A DNA stretch of 64,000 bases, taken from the NCBI GenBank assembly GCA_963663315.1, contig OY760176.1:69822-133821 (forward strand). The letters run 5' to 3'. This DNA is from Arenicellales bacterium (GTDB taxonomy: Bacteria > Pseudomonadota > Gammaproteobacteria > Arenicellales > Poriferihabitantaceae). Numbering within the stretch: the first letter of the stretch is position 1; every line of letters begins with the position of its first letter. A model generated the notes under the pieces. It was not told the DNA's origin. It ran no database searches and saw only the letters and a program-made list of their open reading frames with translations. This document shows, piece after piece, positions 9,873 through 19,660 of this stretch. A program made the translations under genes and the position numbers.

Positions 9873-11177
9873 ATGAAAACGAAAAACAGATGTATTGATC
9901 CTGCAAAAAGAGCGACCCTGAAGAAAGCGGGAACGGTAGCAGCGCTCGTTGCCACGGCCCAGTTCAACCCCGCAACGACAGCCTGGGTATCCGGCTCTGA
10001 TTTACCCATCAAGGTTGGAATGCAATTACACAGAACCGGGATTGGCGCCTCCTATGGCAGGTGGTATGAGCGAGCTGCATCGGCTGCAGCCGGGATCATA
10101 AACGACGAAGGCGGGATTAACGGCCGTCCGCTTGAACTGGTGATCGAGGATGATGGCACGGACCCCAGGCGTGGCGCTGAAGTGATTGAAAAATTTGCTA
10201 CCCTGCATAAAGTGGACGTCGCATACGGCACCCTGTTTTCCCATGTTGTCATCGGTTCCTCCCCTCGGGCCGGGGAACTGAAACTACCCTATTTTGTGGT
10301 ATCCGAAGGTCATCACGTTGCATCGGGCAGTCTGAATCGTTATGTATTCCAGCCCGGAATAACCGATGTCAAATCCCAGGTTATTTCCATGGCGCCCTGG
10401 GTGTCAGAAAATCTGGGCAAGAAGGTCACTATGATCTTCCCGGACTTTGCCTTCGGTCATGACCATCGGGACTATTTTTCTGCCGCTATCAGGGAACAGG
10501 GTGGCGAAGTGCTTGAACTGATTGCGATTCCTCCCACCGAATCCTCGTTTACCCGGTATCTGCCCAGAATACCCTCCAGCACCGAAGTGCTTTATCACGT
10601 CATGGTCGGGCCGGGTGTGCTCACTTTCGTCAAGGAAATGGGCCAACATTTCGGTAGTAATCGTCCGCAAATTTTTGGTTTTATTGACTCTCTGGAGGCG
10701 GTTGATCTGGCCACACCCCAGCTTGAGTTTCTGGAAGGGACTCACTTCTGGGAAGCGAACCCCCGTTATGCCCAGACCGGGCAAAGTGAGTATGATCGTT
10801 TTTATCGTCAGGCTGTAGGGGTGGATCAGAATGGCGCCAGCGTGAACGACGCCCGGGATGTATCGACCTATTCCCACATGTTCGGTTGTTGGGAAACCCT
10901 GTTCATTATCAAACAGGCCATGGAAATGAGCGGTTATTCGGATCAAAGTGCAACGCACAAAAAAGCGCTGATTGAAGCTACGGAATCATTGCAGAAATTT
11001 GCCGAAGGCAGGAATCATCCTCAGGGGGACAAGGTTTTCAATGGCAGGATTCACCAGAGCTTCGGCCATCAGAATATCTCCCGGGTTGAAGGCGGCCGCC
11101 TCAATGTGGTCCATAGAACATCCATCGAAGATGGCCTGTACGAACCCGAGGGCGACTACACTCTGATGGCGCTTTAG
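9873..11177 (+). CDS. ABC transporter substrate-binding protein (HAAT / Leu-Ile-Val-urea-amide binding family)
   Basis: 434 aa. N-terminal export signal-like segment (KRATLKKAGTVAALVATAQ). Followed by LivH/M/G/F-type genes. Confidence 0.8.
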   Translation: MKTKNRCIDPAKRATLKKAGTVAALVATAQFNPATTAWVSGSDLPIKVGMQLHRTGIGASYGRWYERAASAAAGIINDEGGINGRPLELVIEDDGTDPRRGAEVIEKFATLHKVDVAYGTLFSHVVIGSSPRAGELKLPYFVVSEGHHVASGSLNRYVFQPGITDVKSQVISMAPWVSENLGKKVTMIFPDFAFGHDHRDYFSAAIREQGGEVLELIAIPPTESSFTRYLPRIPSSTEVLYHVMVGPGVLTFVKEMGQHFGSNRPQIFGFIDSLEAVDLATPQLEFLEGTHFWEANPRYAQTGQSEYDRFYRQAVGVDQNGASVNDARDVSTYSHMFGCWETLFIIKQAMEMSGYSDQSATHKKALIEATESLQKFAEGRNHPQGDKVFNGRIHQSFGHQNISRVEGGRLNVVHRTSIEDGLYEPEGDYTLMAL

Positions 11178-11194
11178 ATATTCTGCGCCCGGAC

Positions 11195-11220
11195 GGCCCA
11201 CCCCGGAAACGGGGTGGGCC
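11195..11220 (+). promoter_or_regulatory. Intercistronic GNRA-capped hairpin after the binding-protein gene
   Basis: GGCCCACCCCG-GAAA-CGGGGTGGGCC: an 11-bp perfect stem with a GAAA tetraloop, 18 nt after the stop codon. No T-tract. Confidence 0.55.
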
Positions 11221-11275
11221 AGCGCGGATGGATGCATCCCGTATTCGAACAAGCTGAAAAACCCCCAGGCTCTCT

Positions 11276-12157
11276 GTGGATTTCGGACCATTCCTGATTC
11301 TCGCTTCCCTGGAAGGGCTGGTGCAGTCGGCGGTACTAAGCCTGACGGCACTGGGATTGTGCCTGGTGTTCGGAGTCATGCGCGTTGTCAATGTCGCCCA
11401 TGGGGAGTTCTACATGCTGGGCGCCGTTCTGGCCTGGTGGATTACCAGTTTGTCGCCGATTCATCCTGCTCTGGGATTTTTAGCTGCTCTGTTAATCGGC
11501 CCGGCTCTGGTTGGAATCATTGCCTATTGCACCGAAAGACTGGTTCTTAAAAAGCTCAACTACAACCCTGAAGCCACTATCGTTGCCACGATAGGAGTTT
11601 TGTATATTTTGCAGCAATCTGCCTTGCTACTGTTCGGCCCCGATGCCAGACCAGTGCAGCCGCCATTGTATTTCCGGGTTGAATTTCCCTGGTTCGGCTA
11701 CTCCGGTTACAAGCTCCTGGTCGTTGCCATGGCCATTGTTATCCTGCTGGGCAGTTGGTATGTGCTCAGCCGCACCCGAGCAGGTCTGATCATGCGAGCC
11801 ACACAGATCGATGGTGAAATGGCACAGGCCTTTGGTATTCCCGTGAACCGTGTCTATGGCTGGGTTTTCGCTGTGGGAGCCATGTTTGCGGCGCTGGCTG
11901 CGGTTCTCATTGTTCCCATTCGCCAAGCCCACTATCTCATGGGTCTCGATCCGTTGTTGATGTCATTTATCGTTGTCATTACAGGCGGGCTTGGGAGCAT
12001 CCGTGGAACCATAATTGCGGCGATTGTCATCGGCATGAGCGATGGCATCATTTCCATGTTCTTTTCCCCCACTCTGGCCAAGATGGTCGCGACATTTCTG
12101 GTTGCCATGGTGCTGGTATTCAAGCCCGAAGGGCTATTCGGGATTAAAGAACGATGA
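11276..12157 (+). CDS. ABC transporter permease (LivH-like)
   Basis: 293-aa polytopic protein of HAAT permease type. Overlaps the next gene by 4 nt. Confidence 0.85.
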   Translation: MDFGPFLILASLEGLVQSAVLSLTALGLCLVFGVMRVVNVAHGEFYMLGAVLAWWITSLSPIHPALGFLAALLIGPALVGIIAYCTERLVLKKLNYNPEATIVATIGVLYILQQSALLLFGPDARPVQPPLYFRVEFPWFGYSGYKLLVVAMAIVILLGSWYVLSRTRAGLIMRATQIDGEMAQAFGIPVNRVYGWVFAVGAMFAALAAVLIVPIRQAHYLMGLDPLLMSFIVVITGGLGSIRGTIIAAIVIGMSDGIISMFFSPTLAKMVATFLVAMVLVFKPEGLFGIKER

Positions 12158-13116
12158 AAGCGATTACAGGAAAGAAATCCCTCCTGCTCCATGCCATGGT
12201 CATTGTGGTTCTTTTTTGTCTACAGTTCGTCCTGCCGGAATACTATCATCTCACCGCTACCCGGATAATGGTCCTGGCGGTTTTTGCCATGGGATTCAAT
12301 GTCCTTTTCGGCTATACCGGATTGCTTAGCCTCGGCCATGCCATGTTTTTCGCCACCGGGCTCTATGCCGCAGGCCTGACCGTCTATCATCTGGGATGGG
12401 GTGTGCTCCCCGCATTCGTTTTCGCCATATTCACAGGCGCCCTCGTCTCTGCATTGATCGGCGCCATCGCATTGCGTACCCGTGGTGTGGCATTCATGAT
12501 TGTCACGTTGATGTTTGCCCAGGTGGCTTACCTGGCCACTTTGTATTTCACGACTTATACCCGGGGTGATGAAGGACTGGTCCTTCCAGAGTCGGCACGA
12601 AGCATGGAATTTATGGGGTTGCAGTTAAACCTGACAGACCCTGCCACCCGCTATTTTATCGCGTTGACCCTGCTGACAGTCTGCCTGGTCATTGTTTATC
12701 GCCTGGTCAATGGTCCTACCGGCAGGGCATTGATCGCAATCCGCGAAAACGAAGATAGAACCCGTATGCTTGGCTACAATACCTTTGCCATAAAGCTCAA
12801 GGCTGTGGTCATCTCGGGAACACTGTCCGCTGCCGCAGGCGCCACCTATGCCCTGTTATTTGCCTATATCGGATCAACTTTCGCGAGCTTCCAGTATTCA
12901 ATCGATGCCCTGTTGTTCACCCTTGTGGGGGGCGCCGGTACTATCCTGGGCCCATTGCTGGGCAGTTTCGTGATGTTTTACCTGATTGATACCGCCAGTA
13001 ACTATACCTCTGCCTGGCTGCTTGTCACCGGGATAGTACTCATATTGCTCATCCTTTATTTTCCAAAAGGTATTCTCGGCACGGTGCGGGAACGGTGGAT
13101 AACCTGGTTGCCGTAA
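12154..13116 (+). CDS. ABC transporter permease (LivM-like)
   Basis: 320-aa polytopic protein. Second permease of the HAAT system. Confidence 0.85.
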   Translation: MKAITGKKSLLLHAMVIVVLFCLQFVLPEYYHLTATRIMVLAVFAMGFNVLFGYTGLLSLGHAMFFATGLYAAGLTVYHLGWGVLPAFVFAIFTGALVSALIGAIALRTRGVAFMIVTLMFAQVAYLATLYFTTYTRGDEGLVLPESARSMEFMGLQLNLTDPATRYFIALTLLTVCLVIVYRLVNGPTGRALIAIRENEDRTRMLGYNTFAIKLKAVVISGTLSAAAGATYALLFAYIGSTFASFQYSIDALLFTLVGGAGTILGPLLGSFVMFYLIDTASNYTSAWLLVTGIVLILLILYFPKGILGTVRERWITWLP

Positions 13117-13850
13117 TGCTTGTCGAAACCCGTAACCTGTCTCGGTCGTTTGGTGGATTACAGGCCGTCCGGAGTGTGGACTTCTCGGTTAGCGCTGGCG
13201 AGGTGAGGTCAATCATCGGTCCCAATGGCGCAGGAAAGACCACCCTGGCCAGCCTCATATCCGGAAGATTGTCACCGGACAATGGTTCAATCCGGTTTTC
13301 CGGAAAAGAAGTCACGTCTTTACCGACATGGCGGAGAGTGCGGCTCGGCATTGCTTATACATTTCAAATTACCAGCATCTACCCGGCTCTGTCGGTTTTT
13401 GAGAATGTCGCCATCGCCGCGCAACTTCGGATGCAACTCCGGCAATCCTCTGATGCTGTGAGCACGACCCGGTCTATAAAGGATATCGTGGCCGAGTGTC
13501 TGGGGAGGGCAGGATTAAACATTGACCCACGGCAAAAAGCGGGAGAAACAGCCTACGGTCACCAACGGCTGCTGGAAATAGCCATGGGGCTGGCGTTACG
13601 CCCATTACTTCTGATACTGGATGAGCCCACCCAAGGATTATCTGACGGAGAAACGGAAGAGTTTAAATCCCTGATCCGGGACATCAGACAATCCACCACA
13701 ATCCTGCTGATTGAACATAATGTCCCGGTGGTCATTTCTCTATCGGACCGGATTACGGTAATGAATCAGGGCGCCATACTTGCCGAAGGCACACCCGATG
13801 AAATCCAGCACAACGAGGCGGTTCAGACTGCCTATCTGGGACGTGTGTGA
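13116..13850 (+). CDS. ABC transporter ATP-binding protein (LivG-like)
   Basis: Walker A GPNGAGKTT, signature-like YGHQRLLEIA, Walker B LLILDEP. I prefer the ATG at 13116, which overlaps the LivM-like stop (TAATG). The track start is 13095. Confidence 0.9.
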   Translation: MLVETRNLSRSFGGLQAVRSVDFSVSAGEVRSIIGPNGAGKTTLASLISGRLSPDNGSIRFSGKEVTSLPTWRRVRLGIAYTFQITSIYPALSVFENVAIAAQLRMQLRQSSDAVSTTRSIKDIVAECLGRAGLNIDPRQKAGETAYGHQRLLEIAMGLALRPLLLILDEPTQGLSDGETEEFKSLIRDIRQSTTILLIEHNVPVVISLSDRITVMNQGAILAEGTPDEIQHNEAVQTAYLGRV

Positions 13851-14566
13851 GCGCCATGTTTTCAGCAAGCCATGTCAGCGCTGGTTATACCTCTGGCAGT
13901 AACGTGATCAGGGGTGTTTCACTTGAACTGGAAAGAGGAAAAGTGCTTTGCCTGCTGGGCCGAAACGGCGCCGGAAAAACATCATTGTTAAAAACGATCA
14001 TGGGTCTGATACCATTCAGCTCGGGGGAAATTTTACTGAATGGGCTCGAGTTGACAGCCATGAAGGCTCACCAGATTCCCGCTAACGGGGTGGGCTATGT
14101 TCCCCAGGGAAGACGGCTGTTTGCTGAACTGACCGTGGCAGAGAATCTTGAAATTGGCTTGTTGCTGAAAAAACAGGATAAGCGCCTTCTGGATCAGGCG
14201 CTGGACCTGTTCCCTGCCCTTGGAACGCGGCTCAAACAGATTTCAGGCACGCTGAGTGGAGGGGAACAACAAATGCTGGCCATGGCAAGGGCATTGTGTC
14301 TTCACCCTTCTCTGCTGCTGCTGGATGAACCCACCGAAGGGTTAATGCCCTCAATGATTTCAACTATCCGCAACGTCATCAGCCGACTCGCCGGGGAAGG
14401 GGTTGCCATACTTCTCGTGGAACAACGAATCGATGCTGTACTGGGAGTCGCTGACCGCATCGCATTTATGGAGAATGGGGTTCTGCATAAACCCCTTGAT
14501 GTGGCGGAAGTGGAACACGATGAAGAGCTGGTCAGGCGATATATCGGTATTGGACGGGCTGATTGA
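13847..14566 (+). CDS. ABC transporter ATP-binding protein (LivF-like)
   Basis: Walker A GRNGAGKTS, signature LSGGEQQML, Walker B LLLLDEP. Confidence 0.9.
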   Translation: MSAMFSASHVSAGYTSGSNVIRGVSLELERGKVLCLLGRNGAGKTSLLKTIMGLIPFSSGEILLNGLELTAMKAHQIPANGVGYVPQGRRLFAELTVAENLEIGLLLKKQDKRLLDQALDLFPALGTRLKQISGTLSGGEQQMLAMARALCLHPSLLLLDEPTEGLMPSMISTIRNVISRLAGEGVAILLVEQRIDAVLGVADRIAFMENGVLHKPLDVAEVEHDEELVRRYIGIGRAD

Positions 14567-15978
14567 AATCTGAATTTCCAAAACTGTTATTACTTGCTGG
14601 CTGGAGCTTTTGCCCGGCTGATGTTTTGGCCCACAGCGCCGAACGCGGGCTGATTCTGCTGCTTCCGACGGAACTTTATATAATCGGCGGGGCACTGGCC
14701 GTTTTGCTGTCTTTTTTTGTGTTAGCCGTCATCCCCCATGGTTTTATCAAACGCTTGTCCGGTTTCAGCCAGCCAATAAAAGGATTTTCAGGGCTGCCCG
14801 TTATTCCCTTTAGCCTGGGGTCTTTTCTGGTACTCGCCTTTTTGATCATCACGGGATTCTTCGGGTCAAGGGACCCATTGCTTAATCCCCTGCCCATCAC
14901 AACCTGGACATTGTTTTGGGTCTTGTTTACTCTCCTTCAATGTATTACGGGCAATCTCTGGACCCACGTCAACCCCTGGAGTGGTATAGCCTGGAGTATC
15001 CGGCGAATTTTTTGTCTCAAGTCCCGATATGCTTCACTACCGGAAGGCCTCGGATATTTCCCGGGGATCATCCTGTTTGCTGGATTTGCCTGGTTTGAAC
15101 TGGTCGACCCTGCTCCTGAAGACCCCCACCGACTTGCCTGGATGATTTTGGTCTATTGGCTGATTAACCTGATTGCGGTACTGATATACGGCGAGGACAA
15201 ATGGTTTGAGCGTGGCGAGCCCTTTTCCATTTTCTTTCGCTTAATCGGGAATCTTTCTCCATTGCAACCCTCCGGCAATGGCGCCAGCAGCAAAATCAGG
15301 ATAGCTGTTCCCGGGTTAACCATGGGCGCCCTGCCTGCCCTGCCTCTTTCCGGCACACTTTTCGTACTGTTAACCCTGAGTACTGTTTCCTTTGATGGCC
15401 TTTCAGGAACATTCTTCTGGTTGGGCATGATTGGAGTCAACCCGCTGGAGTTCCCTGGCAGAAGTGCAGTGATTCCCGACAATTCCCTGGGGTTGCTGGG
15501 TGGATTCGGGTTGCTGGTTTTTCTGTACCTGGTGTGCGTGTATGCGGGCTGGAAAATGGCGGGGGCAAAAGTCGGCTTTGTGGATGTCGCCGGGAGATTG
15601 GTGTACTCCATTATCCCCATATCCCTGGTTTTTCATTGCGCTCACTACCTGCCCCAGGTTCTGGTGAACGTTCAGTATGCTTTTCTTGCCTATAATGATC
15701 CGTTATCCCAGGGATCGAACATACTCGGCGCCAGTAACTTTTACGTTACCACTTCATTTTTCAATCATCTGGATGCGGTGGCCTTGATCTGGGGTTTGCA
15801 GACGACGATCATCGTCCTCGGGCATGTGACAGGTGTTTTCATCGCCCACGTTATCGCACTGGATATTTACCAAACCCCACGGGTCGCGGTAAAGAGTCAG
15901 GTGTTCCCGGCCATACTGATGGTGGGTTACACGGTGTTTGGATTGTGGCTATTGTCTACACCCGCTGCCGCACTATGA
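14563..15978 (+). CDS. Polytopic membrane protein of unknown function, translationally coupled to the ABC ATPase gene
   Basis: 471 aa with a signal-like N-terminus and about 10 or more hydrophobic segments. Its start overlaps the LivF-like stop by 4 nt. I recognise no family. Confidence 0.6.
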   Translation: MKSEFPKLLLLAGWSFCPADVLAHSAERGLILLLPTELYIIGGALAVLLSFFVLAVIPHGFIKRLSGFSQPIKGFSGLPVIPFSLGSFLVLAFLIITGFFGSRDPLLNPLPITTWTLFWVLFTLLQCITGNLWTHVNPWSGIAWSIRRIFCLKSRYASLPEGLGYFPGIILFAGFAWFELVDPAPEDPHRLAWMILVYWLINLIAVLIYGEDKWFERGEPFSIFFRLIGNLSPLQPSGNGASSKIRIAVPGLTMGALPALPLSGTLFVLLTLSTVSFDGLSGTFFWLGMIGVNPLEFPGRSAVIPDNSLGLLGGFGLLVFLYLVCVYAGWKMAGAKVGFVDVAGRLVYSIIPISLVFHCAHYLPQVLVNVQYAFLAYNDPLSQGSNILGASNFYVTTSFFNHLDAVALIWGLQTTIIVLGHVTGVFIAHVIALDIYQTPRVAVKSQVFPAILMVGYTVFGLWLLSTPAAAL

Positions 15979-16086
15979 AGTGCTAACTGATTGATTATAT
16001 TACTGTTTTTCTCTCATAATTTTATTGCCCCGTAGCAGAAACGCCCGTTTCTGTTCCCGCGGTGCTACGAAAACCGGGAGAAAATC

Positions 16087-17217
16087 ATGTCCAATACCCG
16101 TCTTACCCAGCGTCTGATCGACGCCCTCAAACCCCGCAAGAAAACCTTCGATCTCCGCGACACGGAACTCAAGGGTTTCGGTGTCCGCGTGCGCAGCTCC
16201 GGAATCAAACGCTATTTCGTGCAAAGCCAGCATGAGGGGACCCGTACCTGGCGCATCATCGGCAATGCCGCCGCAATGACCCTTGAGGAAGCGCGCTGCC
16301 GCGCACGGTCGGTCCTCGCGTCCCTACACAACGGTGAGGAGATCATTGCCGCCACGAACGAGGAGACGCGGTTCGGGGTGGTCGCGGAGAAGCTGTTCGA
16401 GGCTTGCGAGAGGCACTGGAAGGTCAGCACCAGAAAGGCCAACCGTTTTTATCTCAAGAACCAGATACTGCCCTGGTTCCGGAACATGCAGGTCGCCGGG
16501 ATCACCGAGCGGGACGTCAAGCAATGGCACGCCTCGCTCCATGCGACTCCCTTCGCCGCCGACCGCGCGGCGCCCGTGCTCAGCGTTATCCTCAGGCAGG
16601 CTGAGGTTTATGGCTATCGCCCGGAGGGTTCCAACCCCTGTGTCGGTATCAGGCGATACCGGCGGCGTGGCCGGGAACGCTTTCTCTCGCCGGAAGAAAT
16701 GCAAAGGCTCGGCGCCGTACTGAGTCGGCATGAACCGGATCATCCGCTTGAGGCCGCAACGATCCGGCTGCTACTCCTGACCGGGTGCCGCCGCAACGAA
16801 ATCCTGACACTCAAATGGTCCGACTACCGCGAGGGGCACCTGTATCTGCGCGACTCCAAGACCGGGCCGAGGACGGTCTGGCTGTCGTCCCCGGCCCGCG
16901 GGATACTGGATGGGCTTCCCCGGCGTGGCGCGTGGATATTCCCTGCACGGCGAAGGCGGGGTTTCTTTTGCCGGACCATGATCCAATATTACTGGTCGAA
17001 GGTTCGGGGCGAGGCCGGACTTGGCGATGTCCGGTTGCATGACCTCCGGCACAGCTACGCCTCGGTGGCCCTCCTGAATGGTGCGACGGTCCCCACGATT
17101 GCCAAGCTCCTCGGCCACAACGATACGGCCACGACGCTGAAATACACGCATCTCAACCAAACTGCGGTCCGCGCGGCGGTCGAGACTGTTGCTCCGATCC
17201 TCGCCGGGGAGGCGTGA
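16087..17217 (+). CDS. Tyrosine recombinase/integrase (P4-like, DUF4102-type arm-binding N-terminus), type 1 of a doublet
   Basis: 376 aa. N-terminus LKPRKKTFDLRDTELKGFGVRV. Catalytic Arg in LLLLTGCRRNE, HDLRHSYAS, and Tyr in LKYTH. Confidence 0.92.
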   Translation: MSNTRLTQRLIDALKPRKKTFDLRDTELKGFGVRVRSSGIKRYFVQSQHEGTRTWRIIGNAAAMTLEEARCRARSVLASLHNGEEIIAATNEETRFGVVAEKLFEACERHWKVSTRKANRFYLKNQILPWFRNMQVAGITERDVKQWHASLHATPFAADRAAPVLSVILRQAEVYGYRPEGSNPCVGIRRYRRRGRERFLSPEEMQRLGAVLSRHEPDHPLEAATIRLLLLTGCRRNEILTLKWSDYREGHLYLRDSKTGPRTVWLSSPARGILDGLPRRGAWIFPARRRRGFFCRTMIQYYWSKVRGEAGLGDVRLHDLRHSYASVALLNGATVPTIAKLLGHNDTATTLKYTHLNQTAVRAAVETVAPILAGEA

Positions 17218-17220
17218 ACG

Positions 17221-18105
17221 ATGCCAGAAAATACTACGAGAAGAACGACGAGAAGAATACGACTGACCGACTCCAATGCGGGCAGGTTCAGACCGGGCGA
17301 GTCCGAGTACACGGTCCGGGACACGAAGACACCCGGCCTCGGTGTCCGGATCAAGCCATCAGGTTATCGGACCTGGGTGTATCACGGCAACGCCGCCGGC
17401 AGTCCCAGGCGCCACAGTCTTGGCCCCGTCAGCCTGAAAACAGTAGAGGATGCGCGGCTCGAATGTCTTGAAATCGGCTTGAAGGAACAGATCAGTGGCG
17501 CTCCGGATGAAACCGTGAAATTGGCCGTGCCCAAATTCCGTGACTTCGTCGAGGGAGAATGGAAGACGGCGCGTTACGACCATTTTAAACCCTCTACCAG
17601 GAAAGGCGTGGACAACGCTCTGAAAACCCAACTTCTGCCGAATTTCGGGACACTGCCGCTCGACCGGCTCACGCGCTCCCGTGTCAACCGGTGGTTTGAT
17701 CAATACAGCCGCAGTGCGCCGGGCGGCGCCAATCATGCCCTCGTTATCCTGTCAGGGATCCTGAATCATGCGATAGTCTGCGGGCACATCACGATGAATC
17801 CAGCCCGGGGTGTAAGGCGGAACCCGAGACGGAAGATGACCCGGTTTCTTTCTCGGGAGGAAATCCGCCGCCTTCACGCGGTGCTTGACGCCTGCGTGGC
17901 TGAACGTCCGGTGAACGCTCCAGCGGCGGATATCATCCGTCTCCTTCTGCTCACCGGATGCCGGCGCGGCGAGATCGTGAACCTGCAATGGCGCGAGGTG
18001 GGCGAGGACATCCTGGAACTTATGGACAGCAAGACCGGTCCCCGGACAGTGTTTCTCAGCCCGAAAGCAAAAGCCGTCATAGAACGACAGCCCCGACCGG
18101 ACTGA
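17221..18105 (+). pseudogene. Tyrosine integrase, type 2 of the doublet, 3'-truncated by an IS3-family insertion
   Basis: Collinear with the intact 34918..36093 protein up to ...IERQPRP. The frame then runs into the IS terminal TGA (18103-18105). The HxxR and Tyr catalytic blocks are missing. Confidence 0.85.
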
Positions 18106-18152
18106 ATCGCCCCGGGTTTGTCGGAGGCTCCATTTCTTGAGAGGATGGAGTA

Positions 18153-19372
<1,220 letters not shown>

Positions 19373-19411
19373 CTCAAACAACCGAGTCTCCGGAATTCCC
19401 GGGGCGATTCA

Positions 19412-19660
19412 TTGGAGCCGTTTGAGCGGTTCGCGGAATCGAACGCCACTATCGACGAATACGCCGCCATCATCGCGGAAGCCGATGAAGACGGTATTCT
19501 CCGGGCTCGAGTTCTCTTACCCAATAACGAAGCAATCACGTTGACCGTCGAGCCGTCCCGGCTCCTGTTTGGCGTCGACCGTGAGGCCTACAAACTGGCG
19601 TTGAACACATGTCGGGGTGCGGCAGCCTCAAAACTTTCGGTTGATGAGGAGGCTGCCTGA
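19412..19660 (+). pseudogene. 5'-truncated ORF remnant upstream of hsdR
   Basis: The frame is open from the first base after the IS end and has no ATG (the track uses TTG). Its stop overlaps the hsdR ATG (TGATG). Probably the tail of a type I R-M operon gene cut by the IS. Confidence 0.5.

Noticed and set aside
15979-16086. tRNA or tmRNA gene as the integration target at the island edges (also 40031-41616 and 37250-37550)
   Set aside because: I could find no cloverleaf-compatible sequence, no GTTCGAATC-type T-arm and no CCA end. The only structure is an imperfect hairpin, CAGAAAC-GCCC-GTTTCTG (16036-16053), of unclear meaning.
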